Position numbers and translations under genes: made by a program. Positions 9,151 to 17,720 of a DNA stretch of 64,000 nucleotides are shown in pieces (the stretch's first letter is position 1; each line of letters opens with the position of its first letter). The DNA is taken from the NCBI GenBank assembly GCA_003220475.1, contig QHSO01000004.1, positions 6,163-70,162 on the forward strand. Direction: 5' to 3'. Origin of the DNA: Candidatus Rokuibacteriota bacterium. Lineage in GTDB: Bacteria > Methylomirabilota > Methylomirabilia > Rokubacteriales > CSP1-6. The notes under the pieces are model-generated. The model was given only the letters and a program-made list of their open reading frames with translations. It did no database searches and had not been told where the DNA came from.

Positions 9151-10155
9151 ATGAAGTTTCTTCTCGTGCTTCTCAGCGTCGTCGTCCTGTTTGCCACGGC
9201 CGTGCCGGCCGTCGCCGGTCCAGGGGATCCGCGGCTCGTCAACGGCATCCTCGAGTGGCCGCGCGCCGTGAGCAACGAGCCGTTCATCGTCGTCCGCGGC
9301 GATGACGGCGTGCTGTACTACGTCGCCGTCGGCGCCGCGCGGCACGACGCGTCGCTGACCGCCGGCGGGCGTGTCGCAGTGCTGGGCCTCGAGGGCCGCA
9401 GCGCTCACGAGATCAACGCGCTCGGCATAGGCGCCGGTGAGTCGGTGGAGGCTGCGCTGGGGAATCTGCAGGGCGCACGGCCGTCGCCGACCGTCGCCGC
9501 ACCGCCACCGCCAGCGGCGAGCACACCGCCCGCGCCGGCGGCGGCCGCACCCGCCGCGCCGTCACCAAACGGCGCCGCCGCCGCGATCGCTGCACCGGCC
9601 GCGAAGCCGTTGGCGCCCACACCGCCCGCCGCGTCCGCACCGGCGCCGAACGGGAAATCGGCGGTGGCGCCGACGTCGCCCGCCGCGACGGCATCCGCCC
9701 CGGCGGTGACGCCGTCCGCGCCCACGCCATCCGCGCCCCTGGTCACAGCGCCTGCGCCGCCCGCATCGACCTCACCCGCGCCGGCGGTCACGCCGCCCCC
9801 CGTGGGCGGTGCGCCGTTGATCATCAGCACACCGACGCCGTCGCCTGTTCGATCCGCGGCCGTGTCGCCGCCACCCGCGCGGCGCTCGACCGTCGAGGTG
9901 ACCACGCCGGCCGCGGTGCCGGCATCGTCGACCGACGAGCGCCGCTGGACCGAGATCAGCGGCGTGGTCGAGTCACTCGTCGGACGCACGCTGATACTGC
10001 GCTCGGACGAAGGCCGCGTTGCCGTCGACCTCTCGAGCCTGAGTCAAAATATCGACCGCGCGATCACGCCGGGCGCACACGTTCGCGTTTACGGCGTGCC
10101 GGTCGAGATCAGGTTCAAGGCGATGGGGTTCTTCGATCCGGGCACGCGTCCCTGA
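9151..10155 (+). CDS. secreted protein with two small beta domains joined by a long Ala/Pro-rich linker
   Basis: ATG 9151 follows GGAGG, and the signal peptide is MKFLLVLLSVVVLFATAVPAVAG. About 170 aa of A/P/S/T low complexity (about 9480-9950) separate the terminal domains. Confidence 0.6.
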   Translation: MKFLLVLLSVVVLFATAVPAVAGPGDPRLVNGILEWPRAVSNEPFIVVRGDDGVLYYVAVGAARHDASLTAGGRVAVLGLEGRSAHEINALGIGAGESVEAALGNLQGARPSPTVAAPPPPAASTPPAPAAAAPAAPSPNGAAAAIAAPAAKPLAPTPPAASAPAPNGKSAVAPTSPAATASAPAVTPSAPTPSAPLVTAPAPPASTSPAPAVTPPPVGGAPLIISTPTPSPVRSAAVSPPPARRSTVEVTTPAAVPASSTDERRWTEISGVVESLVGRTLILRSDEGRVAVDLSSLSQNIDRAITPGAHVRVYGVPVEIRFKAMGFFDPGTRP

Positions 10156-10178
10156 CCCCGCGCGTGCAGCCGCGGACT

Positions 10179-10206
10179 CGTAGTTCTACGGTCTCGTAGT
10201 CTTACG
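10179..10206. promoter_or_regulatory. two tandem 12-bp palindromic operator-like sites
   Basis: CGTAG-tt-CTACG (10179-10190) and CGTAG-tc-TTACG (10195-10206) have centres 16 bp apart. They lie in an AT-rich patch of a GC-rich genome. Confidence 0.4.
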
Positions 10207-10222
10207 TATTTCCTGCAGTCGA

Positions 10223-10238
10223 TGGCCCCGGTATTGCG
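10223..10238 (+). promoter_or_regulatory. weak sigma54-like -24/-12 motif
   Basis: TGGCCC-CGGTA-TTGCG has correct GG/GC spacing but a non-consensus -24 hexamer. It would leave only about 4 nt of leader before ATG 10253. Confidence 0.3.
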
Positions 10239-10252
10239 ACGCTCCATGGCCG

Positions 10253-10441
10253 ATGGGCCGGGAACGCTGCCTGTTCTGCGACCGCTTCATCTTCGAAGGA
10301 GACGATACGGCCCGGCCCGCCTCGCTCGGCGTGACCGTGCACCGTCATTGTTACGTCCGTGACGCGGGGCTCGACGGCCACCACGTAGACACCTCGATCG
10401 AGCGCAATCCCGAAGACTCGGACGACTCCGACGAGCAGTAG
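10253..10441 (+). CDS. small hypothetical protein (CxxC...HxHC, acidic tail)
   Basis: The ORF is 62 aa. GC3 is clearly higher than in the overlapping antisense ORF 10202..10384. CLFC and HRHC could form a small zinc site. No family was recognised. Confidence 0.35.
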   Translation: MGRERCLFCDRFIFEGDDTARPASLGVTVHRHCYVRDAGLDGHHVDTSIERNPEDSDDSDEQ

Positions 10442-10447
10442 CCTCGG

Positions 10448-11092
10448 CTAGCGCTCGCCGCGCTTGCGCCCGGGACTGGCCGCCGGCTCCGCGGCCGGGG
10501 ACTCCTTGGCGCGCAGCCGCTGCACGAGGGCGTCATATGACTCGGTCTGCACGATCTTGTTGAACTGCGTGCGATAGTTCGACACCAGACTCACACCCTC
10601 GATGATGACGTCGTAGACGAGCCAGCGGCCGTCCTTGAGGTGCATCCGGTAATCGACCGGAATGCTCTCGCTGCCTTTTTTGGCCGAGATCAGGGTCTTG
10701 ACGCTCGCGTCGTCACGATCGATCGTCTCCCCGACGTACTGGACCCGCTCGCCCTGGTACAGCTCGATCTTGGAGATATAGGAACGGTCGAGCACATCGG
10801 AGAACAATTTTACGAACTCCTGCTGCTGCTGCGGTGTGCGTGCATTCCAGTGCGGACCGAGCGCGCGTCGCGCGGTGTCCGGATAGTCGAAAATACTCTC
10901 GGCGACCTTCCGCACCTGCGTGCGTCGCGCCTCCGGCTTGTCGGCCAGGGCGGGATCGCTGAGGAGTTTCACCACCTGATCGACGGTCTGCTTCAGGGCG
11001 TCGGTCGGCGCCCCCGCCACGGCGGTGGAGACGAGGGACAGCACGAGCGCGGCAACGAACGAGACGAGGAATGGACGATGATAGGTGCGCAT
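10448..11092 (-). CDS. mlaC: MlaC/Ttg2D-family phospholipid-binding periplasmic protein
   Basis: ATG 11092 gives 214 aa with signal peptide FLVSFVAALVLSLVSTAVAG. The body matches the toluene-tolerance Ttg2D pattern (FDYPDTARRALGPHW ... VDYRMHLKDGRWLVYDVIIEGVSLV). Confidence 0.85.
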   Translation of the reverse strand: MRTYHRPFLVSFVAALVLSLVSTAVAGAPTDALKQTVDQVVKLLSDPALADKPEARRTQVRKVAESIFDYPDTARRALGPHWNARTPQQQQEFVKLFSDVLDRSYISKIELYQGERVQYVGETIDRDDASVKTLISAKKGSESIPVDYRMHLKDGRWLVYDVIIEGVSLVSNYRTQFNKIVQTESYDALVQRLRAKESPAAEPAASPGRKRGER

Positions 11093-11105
11093 GTTTCGCA
11101 AATGC

Positions 11106-11121
11106 TGCAACGCAGGTGCCA
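11106..11121 (-). promoter_or_regulatory. sigma54 (-24/-12) promoter candidate
   Basis: The minus strand reads TGGCAC-CTGCG-TTGCA, an exact consensus. The -12 element lies only about 15 nt before ATG 11092, so the leader would be very short. Confidence 0.55.
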
Positions 11122-11177
11122 CCGGCGGCGTCAGCAGGCCGACGCAGCTCGCAGCGGCACCGCGCCTCGCTCGCACG

Positions 11178-12338
11178 TCAGACGACGTGGTCGCGATGCA
11201 GCGCAGCGATCTCGTCCTTCGTATACCCGAGATCGGTGAGAATCGCGTCCGTGTGCGCGCCCATGTCGGGCGATGCCGTGCGCACCGCGCCCGGCGTGCG
11301 CGACAGCGTGACGGGCACGTTCTGCACCACCTGCTTGCCAAGCCGCGGATGCTCGACAGCGGTCGCGAGCCCCAGCGCCTGCACGTGCGGATCGTCGAAC
11401 ACTTCCTTCACGTTGTAGATCGGCCCGGTCGGCACGCCGGCCTTGTTGAGCACCTCGACCCAGTGCGCGCTCGGCTTGTGCATCAGCACGCCGTCCAGCT
11501 CCTCGTTCATCACGCGCCGGTTCTTCGAGCGGTCGGCGGGCGACTTGAAGCGCGGATCGTCGATCAGCGCCGGCGCGCCGATCGCCTCGCAGAGTCGGCG
11601 ATACATCACCTGGCCCGACGCGGCGATGTTGATGTGGCCATCGGAAGTCTTGAACACGCCCGTCGGGATCCCGGTTGGATGGTCGTTGCCCGCCTGCGGC
11701 GGGATTTCCTTGCCGAGCGTCCAGCGCGACGCCTGAAAGTCCAGCATGCGGATCATCGCCTCGAGCAGCGACGTGTGCACCCACTGGCCGCGTCCGGAGC
11801 GCTCGCGCTCGAGCAGCGCGACGAGGATCCCGTGCGCGAGGAACATGCCCGCGGTGAGATCCGCCACCGGAATGCCCACGCGCACAGGGCCCTGACCCGG
11901 CAGCCCGGTGATGGACATCAATCCGCCCATGCCCTGCGCGATCTGATCGTAGCCGGGACGGTCGCGATATGGACCCGACTGACCGAAGCCGGAGATGCTG
12001 CCGTACACGAGCCGCGGGTTGACCTTGCTCAGCGTTTCGTAATCGATGCCGAGACGGTGCTTGACGTCCGGACGATAGTTCTCGACCAGCACGTCCGCCT
12101 TCGCGACCAGACGCTTGAGCACGTCGACGCCACGCGGGTTCTTCAGGTCGAGGGTGATCGAGCGCTTGTTGCGGTGCAGGTTCTGGAAGTCGAACCCGTC
12201 GCGCGCGAAGTCGTCCTCGGCGCGGTTCTCCACCTTGATGATGTTGGCGCCCATCTCGGCGAGCTGGCGGACGCAGGTGGGACCGGAGCGCGCACGCGTG
12301 AGATCGATGACGGTGTACGGCTCGAGCGGCAGGGTCAT
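11178..12338 (-). CDS. CaiB/BaiF family (class III) CoA-transferase
   Basis: The product is 386 aa. N-terminal VIDLTRARSGPTCVRQLAEMGANIIKVE and YRPDV/GIDYETL are typical of family III CoA transferases. Confidence 0.9.
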   Translation of the reverse strand: MTLPLEPYTVIDLTRARSGPTCVRQLAEMGANIIKVENRAEDDFARDGFDFQNLHRNKRSITLDLKNPRGVDVLKRLVAKADVLVENYRPDVKHRLGIDYETLSKVNPRLVYGSISGFGQSGPYRDRPGYDQIAQGMGGLMSITGLPGQGPVRVGIPVADLTAGMFLAHGILVALLERERSGRGQWVHTSLLEAMIRMLDFQASRWTLGKEIPPQAGNDHPTGIPTGVFKTSDGHINIAASGQVMYRRLCEAIGAPALIDDPRFKSPADRSKNRRVMNEELDGVLMHKPSAHWVEVLNKAGVPTGPIYNVKEVFDDPHVQALGLATAVEHPRLGKQVVQNVPVTLSRTPGAVRTASPDMGAHTDAILTDLGYTKDEIAALHRDHVV

Positions 12339-12448
12339 ATCGGCCTCCGTGTCATTCGTGGCCCCGATGCTACCACCGGTGGCGGCGAATCACCCGCCGC
12401 GCCGGGCGGGGCGGCACCGAACACGGCGTTTTTTCTCGCCGGACATGT

Positions 12449-13240
12449 GTGGCGCGGCCTTTGCGGGTCATACTCATGGGGGCGTTTGCCGTGGATAGAC
12501 TGCGCCGCGAGCTCTGGCTGCACCAGCCGTCGGCGAACCTCTGGGCCGTGGAGGTGAGCGGGCGCGACGAGAGTCTGCTCGCCTGTTGCGGACCGTTCAC
12601 CGCGCGCGCGGCGCGGGTGGTGGCGCTCGACGAGCTGGCGTACGAGCGTGGCGCGACGCTCGAGTGGCTGCGGGGCCACCGTGCGGAGTTCGCGCGCTAC
12701 GACGCGCGTGGCGACGGCGGACGACCGGTCGCGGCGCCGCGTGCCGGCGCGGTGTCGGCGGAGGCCGTCGACACGCTCCTCGCGGAGGCGCGACGCCTCA
12801 CGCGCGCGGAGGCCGGCACCGTGTACATCCGGGAGCCGGCCGGCCTGCGCTTCGCGGCCGCGCACAACGAGGCGCTCGAGCGGCGGCACGGCTGGGCCGA
12901 GGCGCGGCGGCGCTTGACGATGGGCTCGCTGCCGCTGGCCGAGCGCAGCATCGCGAGCTACGTGCTCCTCACGCATCGAGCGGTCAACGTGCCGGACGCC
13001 TATGCCGTGGGCGACGATCGCCCGTACGTGTTCAATCCGGCGTGGGACGTCAAGAACGACTACTGCACGCGCTCGATGCTCGCGTTGCCGATCCGTGACG
13101 CGCGCGGCGATGTCGTCGGCGTCCTCCAGCTCATCAACGCGCGGGACGAGATCGGCACGATCGTGACGTTCTCGCGTGCGCTCGAAGACGCGGTCGGGCT
13201 CCTCGTGGTCGGCTGGGCGCAGCGGCTCGCTCACGTCTAG
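12449..13240 (+). CDS. GAF domain-containing protein
   Basis: The C-terminal about 150 aa have the GAF pattern (AEAGTVYI...SMLALPIRDARGDVVGVLQLINA). The start is GTG 12449 or ATG 12476. Confidence 0.7.
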   Translation: MARPLRVILMGAFAVDRLRRELWLHQPSANLWAVEVSGRDESLLACCGPFTARAARVVALDELAYERGATLEWLRGHRAEFARYDARGDGGRPVAAPRAGAVSAEAVDTLLAEARRLTRAEAGTVYIREPAGLRFAAAHNEALERRHGWAEARRRLTMGSLPLAERSIASYVLLTHRAVNVPDAYAVGDDRPYVFNPAWDVKNDYCTRSMLALPIRDARGDVVGVLQLINARDEIGTIVTFSRALEDAVGLLVVGWAQRLAHV

Positions 13241-13266
13241 TCGTCCCGCGCCTTGACGCGCAGCGC

Positions 13267-13295
13267 TTGACTCCGGCGGCGCGCGGCTCTAGCGT
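13267..13295 (+). promoter_or_regulatory. possible sigma70-type promoter
   Basis: TTGACT - 17 nt - TAGCGT lies about 30 nt upstream of ATG 13325. The -10 element is weak. Confidence 0.2.
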
Positions 13296-13324
13296 TCAGC
13301 CAACACCGCGACCCGGAGGCCGTC

Positions 13325-14077
13325 ATGACCGCCAGCGCCCTGAACGTCCCGTCCCTTCGCGGCAAGGTCTCGCCCGAGGAGTGGTCCGCCCGCGTCGACC
13401 TCGCCGCCGCGTATCGGCTCGTCTCGCTCTACAAGTGGGAGGATCTCGTCTTCACGCACATCTCGCTACGCGTGCCGGGAGCCGAGGACGAATTCCTCAT
13501 CAACCCGTACGGCGTCTTCTTCGACGAGATCACGGCCTCGAGCCTGGTGAAGATCGACCTCAAGGGGCAGAAGATCGACGACTCGCCCTTCGAGGTGAAC
13601 CCGGCAGGCTTCGTGATTCACAGCGCCATCCACGCCGCGCGGCACGACGCGAAGTGCGTGCTGCACACCCACACCCTGAACGGCGTCGCCGTGTCGGCGC
13701 AGCGCGGCGGACTGCGGCCGATCTCCCAGCACTCGATGTTCTCGCTGGCGAGTCTCGCCTATCACGATTTCGAGGGACCCGCCCTCAACGACGACGAGAA
13801 GCCGCGTCTGGTGGCCGATCTCGGTGACAAGACCTCGCTGATCCTGCGCAATCACGGGCTGCTGACCGTGGGCGAAACCGTCGCCGACGCGTGGGTGGCG
13901 ATGTATTACCTCGAGGCCTCGTGCGCGATCCAGGTGCGCGCGCAGGCGGGCGGCGAGCTGATCTCGGTGCCCAAGGACGTTCTCGATCAGGCGGTATCGC
14001 GCCAGCGCCAGGGCGCGCGCGTGTGGCCGGGACTGATCCGGCGCCTGGACCGCCTCGATCCGTCGTACCAGAACTGA
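13325..14077 (+). CDS. class II aldolase/adducin family protein
   Basis: The product is 250 aa. Motifs are LINPYG, FVIHSAIHAARHDAKCVLHTHT (metal His cluster) and ILRNHGLLTVG. Confidence 0.9.
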   Translation: MTASALNVPSLRGKVSPEEWSARVDLAAAYRLVSLYKWEDLVFTHISLRVPGAEDEFLINPYGVFFDEITASSLVKIDLKGQKIDDSPFEVNPAGFVIHSAIHAARHDAKCVLHTHTLNGVAVSAQRGGLRPISQHSMFSLASLAYHDFEGPALNDDEKPRLVADLGDKTSLILRNHGLLTVGETVADAWVAMYYLEASCAIQVRAQAGGELISVPKDVLDQAVSRQRQGARVWPGLIRRLDRLDPSYQN

Positions 14078-14087
14078 GGAGGACGCC

Positions 14088-15272
14088 ATGAAGGACGGGC
14101 TGCGGTTCGTCGACTGTGACATGCACATCATGGAGCCGCCCGATCTCTTCGAGCGCTACCTCGATCCCGCGTTCAAGCATCGCGTGATCCTGCCCATCGG
14201 CGCCGACGGTCGACCCGTGCGCGGCACCATCGTGGTGGACGGCCTGCCGACCACCATGGACGCCGAGCTGCAGCAGTATCGGAAGAAGAGCAAGGCTGCC
14301 GTCGACACCAGTCAGAGCACGCAGCCGCTGTCCGGCTCGCGAATCACCGGGCGTCTGGACTTCGCGATCCAGCGCAAGTACGACCCCGAGGCGCAGCTGA
14401 TGGGGATGGAGATGGAGGGCGTCGACATCGCGGTCCTCTATCCGACCACGGGCCTCAGCCTCCTCGCGCGCGACAACATGGATCCGCGGCTCTCGCTGGC
14501 GCTCTGCCAGGCCTACAACAACTGGATCCACGAGTTCTGCCGCCACCGGCCCGAGCGCCTGAAGTTCGTCGCGATGTTGCCGCCGCACGACGTGAACCTG
14601 GCCTGCCGCGAGCTGCTCCGCTGCGTGCGCGAGCTGGGCGCCGTCGGTTCGTTCATGCGTCCCAATCTCGTCAACGGTCACTACTGGCACTCGAACTACT
14701 GGACGCCGCTCTACGCGCTGCACGAAGAGCTGAACGTCACGTGGGGCTTCCACGAGGGCACCGGCGCCTGGTACTCACACATGAACGTGCTGTACGGCGA
14801 GAACCGCTTCTTCCGCCACGTGGCCAGCCACTGGATCGAGATGCAGCAGGCGCTGATCGCCATGGTCATCGGCGGAGTCTTCGAGTTCCATCCGCGGCTG
14901 CGCGTGGGCTTCCTCGAGGCCCAGAACTCCTGGGTGCCCGGCGTGCTGTCGCGCATCGAGTGGGACTATCCGCAATACCGCGACTCGCACGCGCCGTATC
15001 TGGCACTGACGCCCAAGGAATACTTCCGCCGCAACTGCTGGGCGGCGGTCGAGGGCAGCGAGCCCGAGATCGAGGCGACGGCCGGGCTGATCGGCGCCGA
15101 TCGCATGTGCATCTCCACCGACTACCCGCACTTCGACTCGAACTTCCCCTATGTCTCGACGAACCTCCTGAAGAACGTGCCCAAGGAGATGGCGGGGCCG
15201 ATCCTCGAGGGCGGCGCGCATCTCTACGGCTTCACCGAGGACCATTTCAAGAAGGCGGCCGCGGTCGCGTGA
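14088..15272 (+). CDS. amidohydrolase-2 (ACMSD-like) family protein
   Basis: The product is 394 aa. The N-terminus is FVDCDMHIMEP and the C-terminus is ISTDYPHFDS. Confidence 0.9.
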   Translation: MKDGLRFVDCDMHIMEPPDLFERYLDPAFKHRVILPIGADGRPVRGTIVVDGLPTTMDAELQQYRKKSKAAVDTSQSTQPLSGSRITGRLDFAIQRKYDPEAQLMGMEMEGVDIAVLYPTTGLSLLARDNMDPRLSLALCQAYNNWIHEFCRHRPERLKFVAMLPPHDVNLACRELLRCVRELGAVGSFMRPNLVNGHYWHSNYWTPLYALHEELNVTWGFHEGTGAWYSHMNVLYGENRFFRHVASHWIEMQQALIAMVIGGVFEFHPRLRVGFLEAQNSWVPGVLSRIEWDYPQYRDSHAPYLALTPKEYFRRNCWAAVEGSEPEIEATAGLIGADRMCISTDYPHFDSNFPYVSTNLLKNVPKEMAGPILEGGAHLYGFTEDHFKKAAAVA

Positions 15273-16321
15273 CGCCCGCCCTCACGACATCGCCCGCGTG
15301 GGTCGGATCCGAGTTGGCCGGGTCGACGGACTGGATCCTGCCCGTGTCCGCCGCGGCCATCGCCGAGTGGGACGCGGCCCTGGCCGGTCTGGCGCGCCGG
15401 GGCCTGGCGTGGCCGAACTTCGGGCGGGACGACTTTCCGGTGCCGACGTTCGCGCGCGAGCTCGACGCCGTGCTCGACGAGCTGGAGAACGGCCGCGGCG
15501 TCGTGCTGCTGCGTGGCATCCCGGTCGAGCGCTACACCGAGCACGAGCTGAAGAATCTCTACTGGGGCCTCGGCAGCCACCTCGGCCACATCCGCTACCA
15601 GAACGCGCGCGGTGAGCTGATCGGCGAGGTGCGCGACGAGATCGTGCGCTACGGCGCCGTGCGCGAGGGGCCGGCGGCCGATGCCGTCCTCGGGCGCTCG
15701 TCGCGCAGCAAGGCGCGCTCGAGCGGGCCGCTGCGCTTCCATACCGATCGCTGCGACGTCGTGAGCCTCCTCGTCGTGCGCACGGCGCGCGCAGGTGGCC
15801 TGTCCAAGGTCGTCAGCGCCGTGAGCGTGGCAGCCGCGATCCGCGAGCGGCGTCCCGACCTGCACGCCCTGCTCTATGCCGACTACTGGCGCAGCCGGCA
15901 GGGCGAGGAGGTGGGCGGTGAGCGTGAAGTTTATGCGCTGCCCATCTTCGCGGAGCACGCGGGGAAATTCACCACGCAGTACTCGCGCACGTTCGTCGAG
16001 GCGGCGCAGAAGCTGCCCGATGTTCCGCGGCTGAGCGCCGCGCAGGACGAGGCGCTGGACCTGCACGCGGCCGTCTGCGAGGAGCTCTGCTTCGCGATGG
16101 AATTCCGGCCGGGCGACCTGCAGCTGCTCAACAACCACGTCGTCTACCACGCCCGCACCGCCTTCGAGGACACGCCCGGAGTCGACAACGACCGGCTGCT
16201 GCTGCGACTCTGGCTCGCGCCGCGCAACAGCCGGGCGCTGCCGCCCGGCTTCGACGTGCTCTGGGGCACGACCGCGCCCGGCGCCCCTCGTGGCGGCATC
16301 GGACAGCGGCCCGCGCCATGA
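15269..16321 (+). CDS. TauD/TfdA-family Fe(II)/2-oxoglutarate dioxygenase
   Basis: GTG 15269 overlaps the upstream stop (GTGA). The facial triad is present as LRFHTDRCD and NNHVVYHAR. Confidence 0.85.
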   Translation: MTPALTTSPAWVGSELAGSTDWILPVSAAAIAEWDAALAGLARRGLAWPNFGRDDFPVPTFARELDAVLDELENGRGVVLLRGIPVERYTEHELKNLYWGLGSHLGHIRYQNARGELIGEVRDEIVRYGAVREGPAADAVLGRSSRSKARSSGPLRFHTDRCDVVSLLVVRTARAGGLSKVVSAVSVAAAIRERRPDLHALLYADYWRSRQGEEVGGEREVYALPIFAEHAGKFTTQYSRTFVEAAQKLPDVPRLSAAQDEALDLHAAVCEELCFAMEFRPGDLQLLNNHVVYHARTAFEDTPGVDNDRLLLRLWLAPRNSRALPPGFDVLWGTTAPGAPRGGIGQRPAP

Positions 16322-17304
16322 CCACGCGCGTCGAGGCGCCGCCGATGCTCCCGGGCGACGTGCGCGACGCCCGCGCGTGGCGGCGCGATCAGCTGACGCC
16401 GCGCGAGTGGCTGGTGCCCCTGTCGCCCCGCTGCCTCGACGAGCTCGACGCGGTCGCCCGCAGGCTGCGGCGTGATCCGCTGCCGCCGCTCGTGCTGAGC
16501 CCCCAAGATTTCGCGCTCGACGCCTGTGCGGACGTCATGCGACGCGTGCGCGAGCAGCTGTGCAACGGCATCGGTCTCGCGGTGCTCGATCGCGTCCCCG
16601 TCGAGCGCTACTCGCTCGAAGAAAATCGCGCGCTCGCGTGGCTGCTCGGCAGTCTCCTCGGGCGCCTCGCCGCGCAGAAGTGGGACGGCGCGATGGTCTA
16701 CGACGTTCGCGACACGGGCCGCCAGCTCGAGTACGGCGTGCGCCGCTCGGTCACCAACCTCGACCTCGTCTTTCACACCGATGCGGCATGGCTCGATCTG
16801 CCCCCGGAGCTCGTGGGCCTGTACTGCATCAACCCCGCGCGCGAAGGCGGCGTCAGCCGATTCGTGAGCCTGGTCACGGTGCACAACGAGCTGGTGCGGC
16901 GGCACGCGCCGGTGCTGCCGCGGCTCTACCGCGCGTTTCCGTGGGACCGGCAGGCCGAGCACGCTCCCGAGGATGTCAAAGTCGCGTGGCGTCCGATCTT
17001 TTCGTACGACGGCCGCGGCTTCATGGCCTGCGTGAACGACAAGCTGATCGAGACGGGCGCGGAGCTTGCCGGTGAGGCGCTCGACGACGAGGCGCGCGCG
17101 TCACTGACGGCGATGCGCGCGCTGCTCGATGCGCCGGAGCTCCGGGTGGAGTTCACGATCGAGCGCGGACAGGTGCAGTTCATCAACAACCGTCAGTTCG
17201 CCCACAGCCGCACCGACTTCACGGACGCGCCCGAGCCACACCTCAAACGTCACATGATCCGCCTCTGGACGCGCGAGGAAGGCCGGCGGACGTTCCACGG
17301 CTGA
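16318..17304 (+). CDS. TauD/TfdA-family Fe(II)/2-oxoglutarate dioxygenase (paralogue)
   Basis: ATG 16318 overlaps the upstream stop (ATGA). Motifs are LVFHTDAAW and NNRQFAHSR. Confidence 0.85.
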   Translation: MTTRVEAPPMLPGDVRDARAWRRDQLTPREWLVPLSPRCLDELDAVARRLRRDPLPPLVLSPQDFALDACADVMRRVREQLCNGIGLAVLDRVPVERYSLEENRALAWLLGSLLGRLAAQKWDGAMVYDVRDTGRQLEYGVRRSVTNLDLVFHTDAAWLDLPPELVGLYCINPAREGGVSRFVSLVTVHNELVRRHAPVLPRLYRAFPWDRQAEHAPEDVKVAWRPIFSYDGRGFMACVNDKLIETGAELAGEALDDEARASLTAMRALLDAPELRVEFTIERGQVQFINNRQFAHSRTDFTDAPEPHLKRHMIRLWTREEGRRTFHG

Positions 17305-17341
17305 TCCGCCACTGAGCACCGCCCCGCGGCGCATCCTGATC

Positions 17342-17704
17342 GTGGACGACGAGCCGCTGATCGTCGAGGTGCTCGGCGACCACTTCCGAGCCTCGTACAC
17401 CATCGACACGGCGCGGAACGGCGCCGAGGCGCTCGCCGCCGTGCGGCAGGCGCGGCCGGACATCGTGTTCCTGGACATCACCATGCCGGGAATGAGCGGC
17501 CTCGAAGTCTTGAAGGAGATCAGGACGCTCGATCCGACGATCGCGATCGTGATGGTGACCGCCAACGAGCACGTCGCGCTCGCGGCCGAGGCCATCAAGA
17601 GCGGCGCGGTCAGCTACGTGCCGAAGCCGTTCGACCTGCGGTACCTCGACCATCTCGTCGCCGAGCTGGTGGCCAATCGCTCGCGACCGGGCCGGCCGCG
17701 GTGA
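17342..17704 (+). CDS. stand-alone response regulator receiver
   Basis: Receiver signatures are DDE, IVFLDITMPG, VMVTA and VPKPF. GTG 17342 is the first canonical start, but the beta1 strand (RRILIV) is encoded in frame just upstream. The true start may be non-canonical, for example CTG 17312. Confidence 0.8.
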   Translation: MDDEPLIVEVLGDHFRASYTIDTARNGAEALAAVRQARPDIVFLDITMPGMSGLEVLKEIRTLDPTIAIVMVTANEHVALAAEAIKSGAVSYVPKPFDLRYLDHLVAELVANRSRPGRPR

Positions 17705-17720
17705 CGGAACGGCCGGCGCC

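Noticed and set aside
10202-10384. Antisense 60-aa ORF overlapping the small ORF 10253..10441.
   Set aside because: Its third-codon-position G+C is clearly lower than that of the plus-strand ORF, and there is no RBS.
12450-12465. Sigma54-like motif TGGCGC-GGCCT-TTGCG before the GAF gene.
   Set aside because: The spacing is right, but the -24 hexamer is non-consensus. The site lies inside the ORF if GTG 12449 is the start, and it would give a zero-length leader for ATG 12476. It is too weak to report as a feature.
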